Positions 20,021-30,505 of a stretch of 64,000 bases of DNA are shown piece after piece. Origin of the DNA: Planctomycetota bacterium (lineage in GTDB: Bacteria; Planctomycetota; UBA1135; UBA2386); assembly GCA_947444055.1 (NCBI GenBank), contig CANEYR010000004.1, positions 39,820-103,819 on the forward strand, read 5' to 3'. Position 1 is the stretch's first letter, and the number at the start of each line of letters is the position of its first letter. The translations under genes were made by a program, and so were the position numbers. The notes under the pieces are model-generated. The model was not told the DNA's origin. It saw only the letters and a program-made list of their open reading frames with translations, and did not search any database.

Positions 20021-21025
20021 ATGCGCATTCGTTGGCGTAACTTCGAGTTGCCTTCCCAGGTCCGCCTGGAGCGTGAGTCGGCAACGACTCAGTATGGCCG
20101 TTTCATTGTCGAACCGTTTGAGAAGGGTTTCGGCACTACGATTGGCAACGGCCTGCGCCGCGTGTTGCTGTCCTCTATCGAGGGCACTGCCGTGACGTGG
20201 GTGCGTGTCGATGGCGTGGTTCACGAGTTTTCAACGATTCAGGGCGTCCTCGAAGACGTCGCTCAGATCGTGCTCAACATCAAAAGGCTGCGGGTCAAGC
20301 TGCACACGGATGCCCCGACCACGCTGCGCATTGACGTCAACCAAAAGGGTGAGGTTCGCGCCGAGAAAATCGAGGGCGACCACAACGTCGAGATCGCCAA
20401 TCCTGAACTGAAGATCTGCACGTTGACCGAAGACGTACGGTTCTTCTGCGAGATGCAGGTTCGCAAGGGTCGTGGCTACGTGACAGCGGAAGAGAACATC
20501 GCCGAAGAGACCGAAATCGGAACCATCCCGGTCGATTCGATCTTCAGCCCGGTTCACCGCGTTCGCTACGCCATCGAGAACACCCGCGTTGGCAAGTCAA
20601 CGGACTATGACCGGCTTGTTCTTGAGATCTGGACCGATGGCACGGTGACTCCGGAGATGGCGCTCGTCGAAGCGAGCAAGATCTACCGCAAGCACCTCAA
20701 TCCGTTCGTGCAATACTTCGACATGAAGGAAGACCTTGCTGTTGAAGGCGGTGCATTGGCACCCGAGGGCGACGAAGGTGCGCGTCGGCGCGAGATGGTC
20801 GACTTGCTCAACAAGAGCATCGACATGCTGGAGCTCTCGGTCCGCGCCAAGAACTGCTTGGACAGCGAGAATGTCGCGACGTTGCGTGATCTTGTGCAAC
20901 TTGCGGAGCCTGAGTTGCTGAAGGTTCGCAACTTCGGCAAGACGTCACTCAAGGAAGTGAAGAGCAAACTGGCCGCCCTGGGCCTGTCGCTCGGAATGAA
21001 CATCGAAGAGTTCAAGCAAGGCTAG
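20021..21025 (+). CDS. rpoA: DNA-directed RNA polymerase alpha subunit
   Basis: GRFIVEPFEKGFGTTIGNGLRRVLLSSIEG. C-terminal domain ELSVRAKNCL...VRNFGKTSL. Confidence 0.97.
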   Translation: MRIRWRNFELPSQVRLERESATTQYGRFIVEPFEKGFGTTIGNGLRRVLLSSIEGTAVTWVRVDGVVHEFSTIQGVLEDVAQIVLNIKRLRVKLHTDAPTTLRIDVNQKGEVRAEKIEGDHNVEIANPELKICTLTEDVRFFCEMQVRKGRGYVTAEENIAEETEIGTIPVDSIFSPVHRVRYAIENTRVGKSTDYDRLVLEIWTDGTVTPEMALVEASKIYRKHLNPFVQYFDMKEDLAVEGGALAPEGDEGARRREMVDLLNKSIDMLELSVRAKNCLDSENVATLRDLVQLAEPELLKVRNFGKTSLKEVKSKLAALGLSLGMNIEEFKQG

Positions 21026-21047
21026 ACCAGAAAGTTGAGATTGGGCC

Positions 21048-21503
21048 ATGAAGCATAATGTTGCTGGTAAGAGGTTGGGGCGAAACACGGCGCACCGCGC
21101 CGCTTTGCGCAAGAACTTCACTGTTTCCGTGATCAAGCACGAGCGCGTCATTACGACTCTGGCGAAGGCCAAGGCGTTGCGTCCCTTCGTGGAAAAGATG
21201 ATCACGCTCGCGCGCAGCTCCGACCAGAAGACGAAACTGCATCGCATCCGGCGCGCAGTTTCGTTCCTGCAGGACAAGGACGCGGTGCGCAAGCTGTTTG
21301 AAGTGATTGGTCCTCGGTTCGCCAACCGAGCGGGCGGTTACACGCGCATCATGCGAATGGCCGACTATCGCATCGGTGACGGCGGTACGAAGGTGGTGTT
21401 CGAGTTGCTCGAAAACACCGTGCTTGAGCAGAAGATCAAGTCGGCGGAAGCCGCTGCCTTGACGAAGGATGCTGAAGAAGTTGCGTCGGCCGGTAAGGCC
21501 TGA
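21048..21503 (+). CDS. rplQ: 50S ribosomal protein L17
   Basis: MKHNVAGKRLGRNTAHRAALRKN...GGYTRI. Confidence 0.96.
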   Translation: MKHNVAGKRLGRNTAHRAALRKNFTVSVIKHERVITTLAKAKALRPFVEKMITLARSSDQKTKLHRIRRAVSFLQDKDAVRKLFEVIGPRFANRAGGYTRIMRMADYRIGDGGTKVVFELLENTVLEQKIKSAEAAALTKDAEEVASAGKA

Positions 21504-21548
21504 TCGCGACGCGCATTCCCAGCCCGGTCAATACGACTTGTGGTGATG

Positions 21549-21584
21549 AGGCGCTCCGGTTGCCGGAGCGCCTTTGTCGTTTGT
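21549..21584 (+). terminator. Rho-independent terminator after rplQ
   Basis: Stem AGGCGCTCCGG / CCGGAGCGCCT with loop TTG, followed by TTGTCGTTTG. Confidence 0.8.
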
Positions 21585-23068
21585 GGCGTAAGCGCCCGGT
21601 CTACCCACGGAGGCGGTTACAGCCGATGAGGTTCGTGGCGGGGCGACGTGCGATCAGCCGACGACGGCAACGCGCGCGGCCTTCCACAGCCGCGGCGTAA
21701 GCGCGGCCGGTGCCTCGCCAGCCGCCAAGCGCTGGAGCACGTCCTTGAGGTACGCCCATGGCTCGATGCCAAGCAGACCGCAGGTGCCGACGAGCGAGTA
21801 GATCACCGCTGCGCGCTGGCCGCCTGCCTTGGAGCCAGCGAACATCCAGTTCTTGCGGCCCACGGCGACGCCGCGCATCTGACGCTCAACGCGGTTGTTG
21901 TCGATCGCGAGGCAGCCGTCTTCGAGGTACCGGTTCAGTGGGTCCCACTGGCGGAGCGTGTAGCCGATGGCATCACCCATCGGACTCTTGGGTAGCACGG
22001 TCTGCTTGAGCGCGACGAGCCACGGCTTCATCGACTCGAGTAGAGGCTTGGCCTCGTTTTGGCGCAGGTCGCGACGCTCCGAGAAGTCGAGACCAAGCTC
22101 CTTCGCCTGGCGCTCGATCTCGTAGAGCCGGCGAATCGCGGTCATCGAGTATTCGGCGTTCACCTTGTCGGCACTCAGCGCCTTGAAGAAGCGACGACGC
22201 GCGTGCGCCCAGCAACCGACCTCGACAATGCGACCGGTAGTGAAGAGGACTTCGTAGCCCGAGTAGGCATCCGCCTGCAGGTAGCCGCGGTAGTCGCCGA
22301 GGAAAGACCGCGGACCTTCGCGTCCGCGTCCGACCGTGAAGTCGAACACGACTTCGTCGCGGTCGCCGACATAGGCCCACAAGAAGCTGCGTCGGCTGCC
22401 GCCTGGGACATCACCATCGATCATCGTGATGCCGGTGTCGTCGCCCTGCACGACTTTGGACTCGAGGATCGACGTCTTCGACGCCATCACCACTGCTAAC
22501 AGCATTCCGGCGGAGTCCTTGACCCAGTCACACATCGTCGACTCGGCGATCTCCACGCCGTGTCGCGCGAAGATGCAGCTCTGGCGGTAGAGCGGCAGGT
22601 GGTCTTTGTATTTGCCAACCAACACGTGGGCGAGCAGCCCCGCAGTGGCCATGCCTTTCTCGATCGGGTGGGGCGGCAACGCAGCCGTCGCCACGCCGGC
22701 TTCCTCGTGCTTCTTGCACGCATACTTCACGCGCACGGTCTCCAGCACCTTGAGCACAGCAGGCGCATAGTCGATGCGCTCGCTGACTTCTTCGCCGATC
22801 GGCTGCATGACTTCGTTGCAGCACGGGCAGCGGCGCTGGTCCTCGGGCAACTCGATCTTGGTGGTCTCGCGCGGCATCTCCTTCGAGATCCGTGTGGCAC
22901 CGCGCTTCTTCCGCTTGAAGGTGACGGTTTCGAGTTCGTCGTCCGGCGCCTCGTCGACGTACGGCGGCTTTGGCATCTCTGGCTCGATGCCAGGGAATGG
23001 CAGCTGCGGGTGCTTGTCATCGCCGCCACGCTCGCTCTTCCGGCCGAACAGTTGGTGCAGCAGATGCT

Positions 23069-24528
23069 GGCGCTTCAGGAAGTCGTGTGGGTCGCTGACG
23101 CATTGGCGGGGTAGAGGTCGAGGCCACCAAGATGGAACAGGATCGCATTGCGGAACCTGTCGCGGTTGCGGAAGCCACAGGCGTTGGACTTGATCTTCTG
23201 GATGCGCGCGTTGACGGACTCGGCGCCGGCATTCGTCGCCCGCAGCGCCATGCCGTTGACGATGCCGGGCAGATGTTCGCGGATGATGCGGGCGACGCGC
23301 TTGAGCGGATCGAGTCTGGAACGCATCGCCGCCGACGCCCATGCGAGCCACGCCGATGTTGCGACCGACCGCCGGACGTAGCGCCAGATGTTCGCCGCGG
23401 CTTCCTTGAGACCCCACGCGCGAACGGTCTTGAGGCTCATGCTGCGCAGCACGTCGAGCGTGTGGACCTGCGTTGGCGAGAGGTTGCGCGTGTTCGTCAG
23501 GAACACGAACCTGGCGCCGGTCAGCGAGAGGTCGCCTTCGGCAAGCAGCGCGCGGTGTTCGGTACGGCGGACCTTGTCGACGGCGTCGACAAGGTGCTTA
23601 ACGACGTGGAACTTGTCGAACGAGAGCTTGCGGTCGGCATCGGGGACGAACTGTCGCACCGAAGCGATGTAGGGCTTCCACATGTCCATGGACACGGCCT
23701 CGATCGTCGCCAAGTGCTCGGGGCGCTGGGCGACGAAGAACGCGTCGATGCTCTCTCGCTTGCGATCGTCAGCGACGTACAGGACTCGCGATCCCTCGTG
23801 GTTGGTCACCACGGTCACGTACTCGTGCCGGCGCTGGAAGGATGTCTCGTCGATGCCGAGGCGACGCAGGGCCTCAGGCTTGCGACGGGCAAGGCCACGC
23901 GCGACAGCGCGCTGTTGGATGCCATCGACTTCGTCCCACGACAGCCGCATCTGTTTCGCCACGGCCCTGATGGTCGCAAGGGACCGCAACCAGTCGATGA
24001 CGAATGCCTCCATCAGCGCCGTGAAGTTCGAGCCTGGCGCCGCCCACGGGACATTGATCTGCAGCACGCCGTGATCCGCGCAGCGAACCCGCGGGACGGG
24101 CGCGGTCAGGATGGTCTTGAATTGGCAGGTATCCAGATGGCGCCAGCTCCGCTCACGTGCGTCGTAACCCGCGCACCGCTTGCCGCACTCGGGGCACGCA
24201 AACTGAGCATCGGCCCTCGGCTCGACCTTCACGCGGATCTCGCCTCCGCCTGAGTCCAGTTGCACATCGACGACGCGCCATGGGTCCGTGAGGCCGAGGA
24301 TGCGGGCATAGAGGTCGCGGTCTTGCATCCCGCCAAGCTACTCCGCGTGCCCACGCAGGGCCCGTCGTCGCCGCCCCGTAGTTCCGTCGCCATCAGCGTC
24401 GGCCACACCCAAGTGGCGCAGCGAATGGCCGACGCTGATGGCGACGGAACGGAGGGGTGGCGTGCTGCCCCCGCTAGTTCCCGAGTCAGAGGCCGAGGTC
24501 GCCTACCCACACGACTTCCTGAAGACCC
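23069..24528 (-). mobile_element. ISL3-family insertion sequence (1460 bp) nested in IS66 tnpC
   Basis: Imperfect terminal IRs: ggcgcttcaggaagtcgtgtgggt at 23069, against the reverse complement of the right end, gggtcttcaggaagtcgtgtgggt. The 20-bp core is perfect. Perfect 8-bp target duplication cagatgct at 23061-23068 and 24529-24536. Confidence 0.9.
23075..24328 (-). CDS. ISL3-family transposase
   Basis: 417 aa. N-terminal zinc ribbon CPECG...C, GIDETSFQRRHEYVTVV, MDMWKPY and GAESVNARIQKIKSNACGFRNRDRFRNAILF are typical ISL3 DDE transposase motifs. Confidence 0.9.
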   Translation of the reverse strand: MQDRDLYARILGLTDPWRVVDVQLDSGGGEIRVKVEPRADAQFACPECGKRCAGYDARERSWRHLDTCQFKTILTAPVPRVRCADHGVLQINVPWAAPGSNFTALMEAFVIDWLRSLATIRAVAKQMRLSWDEVDGIQQRAVARGLARRKPEALRRLGIDETSFQRRHEYVTVVTNHEGSRVLYVADDRKRESIDAFFVAQRPEHLATIEAVSMDMWKPYIASVRQFVPDADRKLSFDKFHVVKHLVDAVDKVRRTEHRALLAEGDLSLTGARFVFLTNTRNLSPTQVHTLDVLRSMSLKTVRAWGLKEAAANIWRYVRRSVATSAWLAWASAAMRSRLDPLKRVARIIREHLPGIVNGMALRATNAGAESVNARIQKIKSNACGFRNRDRFRNAILFHLGGLDLYPANASATHTTS

Positions 24529-24675
24529 CAGATGCTTTACCTGCTTCTCAAGCTCGACGTTCTTCGCGGCGAGATCGACGACGCGAGACCGCAGCGTTGC
24601 CATCTCGTCGTTGTTGTCTGCGATCACCGTCACATTGCTCCATACGCACGAACAGTGCGCAGAGGGTTTTCTCTC

Positions 24676-25032
24676 TCACAAAATGCGCGAATACCAGCGT
24701 CGGCGTTTCGCGGTGCTCAAGTCGAGGCCGCCGAGCAGTGCTGCGAGATCGGATGCGTGCAGTTCGAGCTGCTTTGCATCGCTGCCTTCGGGCAATGGCC
24801 AGGCGAACGTGCCTTGCTTGAGTCGCTTGTGCAGCAGCCAGAAGCCCGTCCGTTCCCAATAGAGAATCTTGATCCGATCGCGGCGCCCGTTGCAGAACAC
24901 GAACAGGTGCCCGCTCAGAGGATCGTGTTCGAGCACCTGTTTGGTGATCGCCGAGAGACCATCGAGCGACTTGCGCATGTCGGTCGCGCCGCGCGCGAGA
25001 TAGATGCGTACCGATGTCGGCAGGCTCAGCAT
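24676..25032 (-). CDS. tnpB: IS66 Orf2 (TnpB)
   Basis: MLSLPTSVRIYLARGATDMRKSLDGLSAI...LFVFCNGRRDRIKILYWERTGFWLLHKRL. Confidence 0.9.
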   Translation of the reverse strand: MLSLPTSVRIYLARGATDMRKSLDGLSAITKQVLEHDPLSGHLFVFCNGRRDRIKILYWERTGFWLLHKRLKQGTFAWPLPEGSDAKQLELHASDLAALLGGLDLSTAKRRRWYSRIL

Positions 25033-25346
25033 CGCAGTGCACGGAGCAAACGGCAAAGCTCGGCCTCGTCGAAGCCTGACTGGATCTGCAACGTCATCGA
25101 GTCGTCGAGGCGCAGCTCAAATGGCGCAGTCGGTCCCGCGGCGCGAGAAGCGACCACTTGGTGCGCCACGACTTCGACCGGCACGAGGTCGGTTGAGCGC
25201 GTTGAGCCACGCCGCAACCGACTGCGCCACCAGTAAAGCGTTGTCAGCATGATCCCGTGCAACTCGGCGAACTCCAGCGCCGACAACCCACTCTTCTCCT
25301 GCGCCCAGATCACTGCTCGCCACTTCGCTTCGGTTGTCTTCGTCAT
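25026..25346 (-). CDS. tnpA: IS66 Orf1 (TnpA, HTH protein)
   Basis: 106 aa. SALEFAELHGIMLTTLYWWRSRL. Overlaps the tnpB start (ATGCTGA). Confidence 0.8.
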   Translation of the reverse strand: MTKTTEAKWRAVIWAQEKSGLSALEFAELHGIMLTTLYWWRSRLRRGSTRSTDLVPVEVVAHQVVASRAAGPTAPFELRLDDSMTLQIQSGFDEAELCRLLRALRC

Positions 25347-25415
25347 GCCAGTCAGGGTGCCGACGGCGCGAGGTCCAACCAGATGGGTCTACCGGTTGCT
25401 TACTTTGTGACCACC

Positions 25416-28400
25416 TCAGGTGCGCGTGAACGACATGTTGTCGGGGCCGACGAGCAACGCAAGCTCGTCTAGTAGTTCATCGGTGACGCGCACGCCCTCG
25501 TCCGCCCGTACTCGATAACAGTCGGAGCCGTCCTCCACATCGAGGAGCAAGTGTTGCTGCCCTTTGTAGCGTTTGACGACCTCAGCGATGCGGAGGAGGT
25601 TGCTTTCGACTGCGAGTGCACCCCGCAGATTGAGCACCAGCCCAGCGACCTCGCGGCGGACGACTTCGTTGGCTGGATCGAGCTGATCTAGCAACAAGGC
25701 CTTCTCTTCGCTGTTGGCATCGAGTCGCCCAGTCAGGAACACAATGGCGTCGTCGACGATGCGGTCCTTCATCGTGGCATACGCCCGAGCAAAGCAAGTC
25801 ACGGCTACCTGGCCATGTCGGTCTTCGAGTTGGAACCTGGCCATCTTCTGACCAGCGTTCTTGCCTTGCTTGATCTGCAGCACGCGCACCGAGCTGATCA
25901 TGCCGGCCAGCCTGACCGAGTTGCCCGGTTCGACCTTGCCGATCGAGGAGGTCGTCTGCCCCGCAATCCTCGCCAAGAAGGCACCGCGCTTCTCGAACGG
26001 GTGACCAGACAAGTAGAAGCCCAGGGACTCCTTTTCGCGGGCGAGCCGATCTGCTTCGGGCCATTCGCCGACGCTCGCCCCCGTAGTGGGACGGGCCGAT
26101 CCAAACGAAGGCGCAGCAAACAGCATCTTCTGTCCTCGACGCCGATCTTCGCGCGCCGTCACCGAGGCACGCAACGCACCTTCCACGGCGGCGAAGTCAC
26201 CCGCGCGCGTCCGGCCCAATCCATCGAAGGCGCCGGCTTGGACCATCGCTTCTAGTGCCGTCTTGTTGAGGATGTTGGCGTCGAGCCGTTCGCAAACGTC
26301 TTCTAGGTTTGAGAACCCTGCACCGCGCCGCCGCTCTGCTGCGACGGCATCCGCTGCCTTGGTGCCCACACCCTTGATGGCGCCGAGGCCATAGCGAATC
26401 GCTTTGTTCTCGACACCAAAGTACCGCTGCGAATGGTTGACGCTTGGCGGGAGGATCGACACGCCAGCTCGACGAGCCTCGTCGACAAACTCTTTGATCT
26501 TGTCGCTATTGCTCGACTCAACGGTCAGATTCGCCGCGGTGAACTCGATCGCGTAGTGGGTCTTCAACCACGCCGTGTGGTAGGTGACCAGGGCGTAGGC
26601 GGTCGAGTGCGACTTGTTGAAGCCGTAACCGGCGAAGTATTCCATCGTCTCGAACAGATCCTTTGCGAACTTCTCTCCGTAGCTCTGTGCCTTCGCACCG
26701 GCGACGAACTGGTCCTTGAACTTCGCCATCACCTCAGGCTTCTTCTTGCCCATCGCCTTGCGCAAGTTGTCGGCTTCTGCCATCGAGAACCCGCCGATGA
26801 TGTTGCTGATCTGCATCACCTGCTCTTGGTAGACGATGACGCCGTACGTTGGCTCCAGGACCGGTTTGGTTGCTTCGTGCGGGTACACCACCGGCTCCTT
26901 ACCGTGCTTGCGATCGACGAACATGTCCACCATGCCCGATCCCAGCGGCCCCGGTCGATACAGCGCCAACACGGCGATGATGTCTTCGAATGTGTCCGGC
27001 TTGAGCCGCGTAAGCAATTCACGCATGCCGCCAGATTCGAGTTGGAAGATGCCTTGGGTCTCGCCTCGCGTCATCAGCGCGTAGGTTGGCTTGTCGTCGA
27101 GCGGCAATTTGGTGAGGTCGACTTGCACGCCATGCACCTCATGCACCAACCGGACGGCTTCCTGCAGGATCGTCAGAGTCTTCAACCCAAGGAAGTCCAT
27201 CTTCAGCAGGCCGACCTCCTCCAAGTCCGTCATCTGCCACTGCGTGATGACATCCTCACCGTTCTTCGCGAGCGGGACATAGTCGCGAAGTGGGCGGTCG
27301 GCGATCACGACACCGGCAGCGTGGATTGAGCTGTGTCGCGCCAACCCTTCTAGCTTCAGGGACAGATCGAACAGCCGTTTGTGCTGCGGAGTGCTCTCGC
27401 GGATCTGCTTCAACTCGGCGTCGCTGTCGAGGGCTGCCTGCAAGGAAGCCCCCGGTCCCTGCGGCACCTTCTTGCACAACTTGTCGACATCCGCGATCGG
27501 GAAGTCGAGTACGCGGCCGACGTCGCGCAGCACGCCGCGGCTCGCCATCGTTCCGAATGTGATGATCTGGCAGACACAGTCGCTGCCGTACTTCTGGCGC
27601 ACGTACTGAATCACTTCATCGCGGCGGTTGCCGCAGAAGTCGATGTCGATATCCGGCATCGACACGCGGCCCGGGTTCAGGAAGCGTTCGAACAACAGCG
27701 CATATCGCAACGGGCACACATCCGTGATGCCAAGGCAATAGGCGACGATTGACCCCGCTGCTGAGCCACGTCCCGGCCCGACGGGAATGCCCATCGACTT
27801 CGCCTTATCGATGAAGTCTTGCACGATCAGGAAGTAGCTGACGAAGCCGAGTTTCTTGACAACGCGGATCTCGTAATCGAGTCGCTTCTGCACAACGTCG
27901 TTGATGGCGCCGTAGCGACGGATTGCGCCTTCTTTGCAGATGCGATCGAACCACACGTCCGGCGCGCTGCCGTCATCAGGCTTGAACACCGGCAAGTGGT
28001 AGACACCGAACTCGATGCTGACGTTGCACCGATCGGCGATGGCAACGGTCTGCTGCAGCGCCTCCGGCCAATCGGAGAATGCCTGTGCCATCTGTGCCCG
28101 CGACTTCAAGAACAGCTCGTGCGAGCCCATGCGGAAGCGCTGCTGATCGGCAACAGTCTTGCCGCTGCGAATGCACAGCATGATGTCCTGTGCCAGCCAA
28201 TCATCCGCCTTCAGGTAGTGCACGTCGTTGGTGGCAACGCAGGGAATCGCCAGTGCGGCCCCTAGTTCTCGTAGCGCGAGGCTGACCTTTCGTTGTTGTT
28301 CGTAGCCCGTCTCAGCAACCTCGAGGAAGAAGTTGTCCTTGCCGAAGGTCTCGCGCAGCTGCAGCGCCGTCTTGCGAGCGCCCTGCAAGTCACCCTGCAA

Positions 28401-28847
28401 GATCGCTGTGGCGATCTGTGACGAGACGGTGCCCGACAGCGCGATGATGCCCGCGTGGTGTTCTCTCAGCAGGTCAAGGTCGGCGCGTGGGCGGTAACTG
28501 AAACCCTCAAGCCAGGCACGCCCCGACAACTTCTTGAGGTTGTCGAGGCCCTTGTTGTTCTCTGCCAGCAGCGTCAGGTCGTAGGTCGGGTTGTCGGCCC
28601 CAGCGGATTCTTTGTTGGTCTTGCCCGCGACGTACGTGGTCTGGCCGACAATCGCCTTGAGCTTGTTCTCTTTGCACGCCTTGTAGAACTCAACCGCGCC
28701 AAACAGGTTGCCGTTGTCGGTGAGAGCCAATGCCGTCTGGCCGTCTTCAGCGGCGGCCGCGACGAGGCCGCCAACTTCCGACGGTGCCGCAAGCAGGCTG
28801 TAGTGCGAGCGCACATGCAAGTGGACAAAGGGTGGTGCGTCGCTCAT
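25416..28847 (-). CDS. dnaE: DNA polymerase III alpha subunit
   Basis: 1143 aa. PHP domain FVHLHVRSHYSLL, GSAAGSIVAYCLGITDVCPL, PDIDIDF, FNKSHSTAYA. Confidence 0.97.
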   Translation of the reverse strand: MSDAPPFVHLHVRSHYSLLAAPSEVGGLVAAAAEDGQTALALTDNGNLFGAVEFYKACKENKLKAIVGQTTYVAGKTNKESAGADNPTYDLTLLAENNKGLDNLKKLSGRAWLEGFSYRPRADLDLLREHHAGIIALSGTVSSQIATAILQGDLQGARKTALQLRETFGKDNFFLEVAETGYEQQRKVSLALRELGAALAIPCVATNDVHYLKADDWLAQDIMLCIRSGKTVADQQRFRMGSHELFLKSRAQMAQAFSDWPEALQQTVAIADRCNVSIEFGVYHLPVFKPDDGSAPDVWFDRICKEGAIRRYGAINDVVQKRLDYEIRVVKKLGFVSYFLIVQDFIDKAKSMGIPVGPGRGSAAGSIVAYCLGITDVCPLRYALLFERFLNPGRVSMPDIDIDFCGNRRDEVIQYVRQKYGSDCVCQIITFGTMASRGVLRDVGRVLDFPIADVDKLCKKVPQGPGASLQAALDSDAELKQIRESTPQHKRLFDLSLKLEGLARHSSIHAAGVVIADRPLRDYVPLAKNGEDVITQWQMTDLEEVGLLKMDFLGLKTLTILQEAVRLVHEVHGVQVDLTKLPLDDKPTYALMTRGETQGIFQLESGGMRELLTRLKPDTFEDIIAVLALYRPGPLGSGMVDMFVDRKHGKEPVVYPHEATKPVLEPTYGVIVYQEQVMQISNIIGGFSMAEADNLRKAMGKKKPEVMAKFKDQFVAGAKAQSYGEKFAKDLFETMEYFAGYGFNKSHSTAYALVTYHTAWLKTHYAIEFTAANLTVESSNSDKIKEFVDEARRAGVSILPPSVNHSQRYFGVENKAIRYGLGAIKGVGTKAADAVAAERRRGAGFSNLEDVCERLDANILNKTALEAMVQAGAFDGLGRTRAGDFAAVEGALRASVTAREDRRRGQKMLFAAPSFGSARPTTGASVGEWPEADRLAREKESLGFYLSGHPFEKRGAFLARIAGQTTSSIGKVEPGNSVRLAGMISSVRVLQIKQGKNAGQKMARFQLEDRHGQVAVTCFARAYATMKDRIVDDAIVFLTGRLDANSEEKALLLDQLDPANEVVRREVAGLVLNLRGALAVESNLLRIAEVVKRYKGQQHLLLDVEDGSDCYRVRADEGVRVTDELLDELALLVGPDNMSFTRT

Positions 28848-28986
28848 CGCCGCGACAGGCTACGCGACGTTTGGTCCTGAACCAGTTCTTGTCTGCGACG
28901 GCGGTGTGTTCTTCATCGTCGTGGGAAGAACGGCCACAGTGCGCTAGGTGAACGCTGGGCAGTGCGGCGGCTACAGACGATCGCGC

Positions 28987-29664
28987 TCAGTCGTTGCCGT
29001 CGTTGCCGGTGACGATGTAGACGACGCGACGGGCGATGTTGACGGCGTGGTCGCCAACGCGCTCGAGGTCGCGCATCGATAGCAATACCGGGAGAGACTC
29101 GTCGGCGTGGCGGCGAGCGGTGGCGTCGTCCCACGCGCGGCGGCCCGCGTGGTGCAACGCTTGCAGGAACGCCTTGATGGTGTCCCACGTCAGCGTGTCG
29201 AGATGGTCATCGCGGCGGATCACCGCATGTGCGAGCACGACATTGCTGTCTGCGTACGCGCGCATTGCATCGGTGACCATGGCGATGCTGGCGCGGCCGA
29301 CTTCTTCGATGCGGCTTGGCGGCACCATTTCGAGGGTTTCGCTGTCGTTGCCGTAGTCGGCGAGATTGACGGCCAAATCGCCGATGCGTTCAAGGTCGGT
29401 GACGATGCGGAACGCAGCGGTAATCAATCGGATGTCGCCGGCGACGGGCTGCTGCAGCGTCAGTAGATCGATGCAGGCGCGCTCGATCGCCGTCGAGTTG
29501 CGGTCGACGTCGTCGTCACCTTCTTGGACCAGCGTGCCGATCGCAGGGTCGTGACGAACCAACGCACTGAGGCCCAGCTCGAGCCGCCGCAGAACGAGGG
29601 CGCCGAGGTCGGTGATGTTCTGGCGCAGTCTGTCGAGTGCGTTTTGGTAGGCGATACGGGTCAT
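28987..29664 (-). CDS. phoU: Phosphate signalling regulator PhoU
   Basis: The duplicated PhoU repeat motifs RIVTDLERIGDLAVNLA and MRDLERVGDHAVNIA. ATG at 29664 lies inside track ORF 28987..29916. Confidence 0.92.
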   Translation of the reverse strand: MTRIAYQNALDRLRQNITDLGALVLRRLELGLSALVRHDPAIGTLVQEGDDDVDRNSTAIERACIDLLTLQQPVAGDIRLITAAFRIVTDLERIGDLAVNLADYGNDSETLEMVPPSRIEEVGRASIAMVTDAMRAYADSNVVLAHAVIRRDDHLDTLTWDTIKAFLQALHHAGRRAWDDATARRHADESLPVLLSMRDLERVGDHAVNIARRVVYIVTGNDGND

Positions 29665-29681
29665 GGCCGGTGCATCCAGTC

Positions 29682-30503
29682 TCAGCCGAATCGGCCGGTG
29701 ATGTAGTCTTCGGTGCGCTTGTTGGTGGGCTTGGTGAAGATCTCGCGCGTGGGCCCGAACTCTTCGAGTCTCCCGACATAGAAGAATGCCGTGTGTTGCG
29801 ACACGCGCGCGGCTTGCTGCATGTTGTGGGTCACGATGACAACTGTGTATCGCTGCCGAAGTTCTTGGATCAGATCCTCGATACGCGCGGTCGACCCCGG
29901 ATCGAGAGCGGAGCACGGCTCATCCATCAGCAGCACTTCCGGCTCCGTCACGAGGGCGCGCGCGATGCAGAGGCGCTGCTGTTGGCCGCCGGACAGTTCG
30001 AGCGCGCTGCGTGCCAAGCGGTCCTTCACTTCGTCCCACAACGCCGCACGCCGCAAGGCTGTCTCGATGCGTTGCTCGACGCCGACGCGGATGCCGTTGA
30101 TGCGCAGTGGGAACGCGAGGTTGTCGCGGATCGACTTCGGGAACGGATTGGGCTTTTGGAAGACCATGCCAATGCGGCGGCGCACTTCCACCGCGTCGAC
30201 GTGCCGTTCGTAGATGTCCGTGCCGCGGTACGAGATCGAACCTTCGGTGCGCACGATGCCGAGCAGGTCGTTCATGCGGTTGAGGCTGCGCAACCACGTG
30301 CTCTTGCCGCAGCCGCTCGGACCGATGACCGCAGTGACTTGGTGTTCGGGCACGTCGAACGTGATGTCGAACAGCGCTTGGTGGCTGCCGTACCAGAGGC
30401 TGAAGTCGCGGGTCGCGAGCACCGTTGGAGTGGCGATGGCGGTGCCGACGTGACCTTCCTCTGCGTGATACGGTGACGTCGGGGCGGGAGCTGGAAGGGA
30501 CAT
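29682..30503 (-). CDS. pstB: Phosphate ABC transporter ATP-binding protein PstB
   Basis: Walker [10 protein letters not shown], signature [14 protein letters not shown], Walker B LLMDEP. ATG at 30503. Confidence 0.95.
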   Translation of the reverse strand: MSLPAPAPTSPYHAEEGHVGTAIATPTVLATRDFSLWYGSHQALFDITFDVPEHQVTAVIGPSGCGKSTWLRSLNRMNDLLGIVRTEGSISYRGTDIYERHVDAVEVRRRIGMVFQKPNPFPKSIRDNLAFPLRINGIRVGVEQRIETALRRAALWDEVKDRLARSALELSGGQQQRLCIARALVTEPEVLLMDEPCSALDPGSTARIEDLIQELRQRYTVVIVTHNMQQAARVSQHTAFFYVGRLEEFGPTREIFTKPTNKRTEDYITGRFG

Positions 30504-30505
30504 GA

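Larger units (their letters stand above)
21654..24633 (-). pseudogene. IS66 transposase TnpC, split by the ISL3 insertion
   Basis: N-terminal 36 codons, MTVIADNNDEMATLRSRVVDLAAKNVELEKQVKHL(G), lie at 24633 down to about 24529. The C-terminal part, LHQLFGRKSERGG...CPCCNE...YRQSCIFARHG...GCWAHARRRF, lies at 23068 down to 21654. Removing 23069..24536 restores the frame as ...KQVKHLLHQLFGRKSER... Confidence 0.88.
21588..25403 (-). mobile_element. IS66-family insertion sequence carrying a nested ISL3 element
   Basis: Terminal IRs start with GTAAGC. The left end, gtaagcgcccggtctaccca, matches the reverse complement of the right end, gtaagcaaccggtagaccca, at 16 of 20 positions. Flanking 8-bp duplication tttgtggc (21580-21587) / tttgtgac (25404-25411). 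tnpA-tnpB-tnpC gene set. Confidence 0.88.

Noticed and set aside
21654-23417. 587-aa ORF in the track that looks like one long transposase
   Set aside because: It is a chimera. Residues from about HLLHQLFGRKSER onward are IS66 TnpC. The N-terminal roughly 115 residues are an out-of-frame read through the end of the nested ISL3 element (23069 onward).
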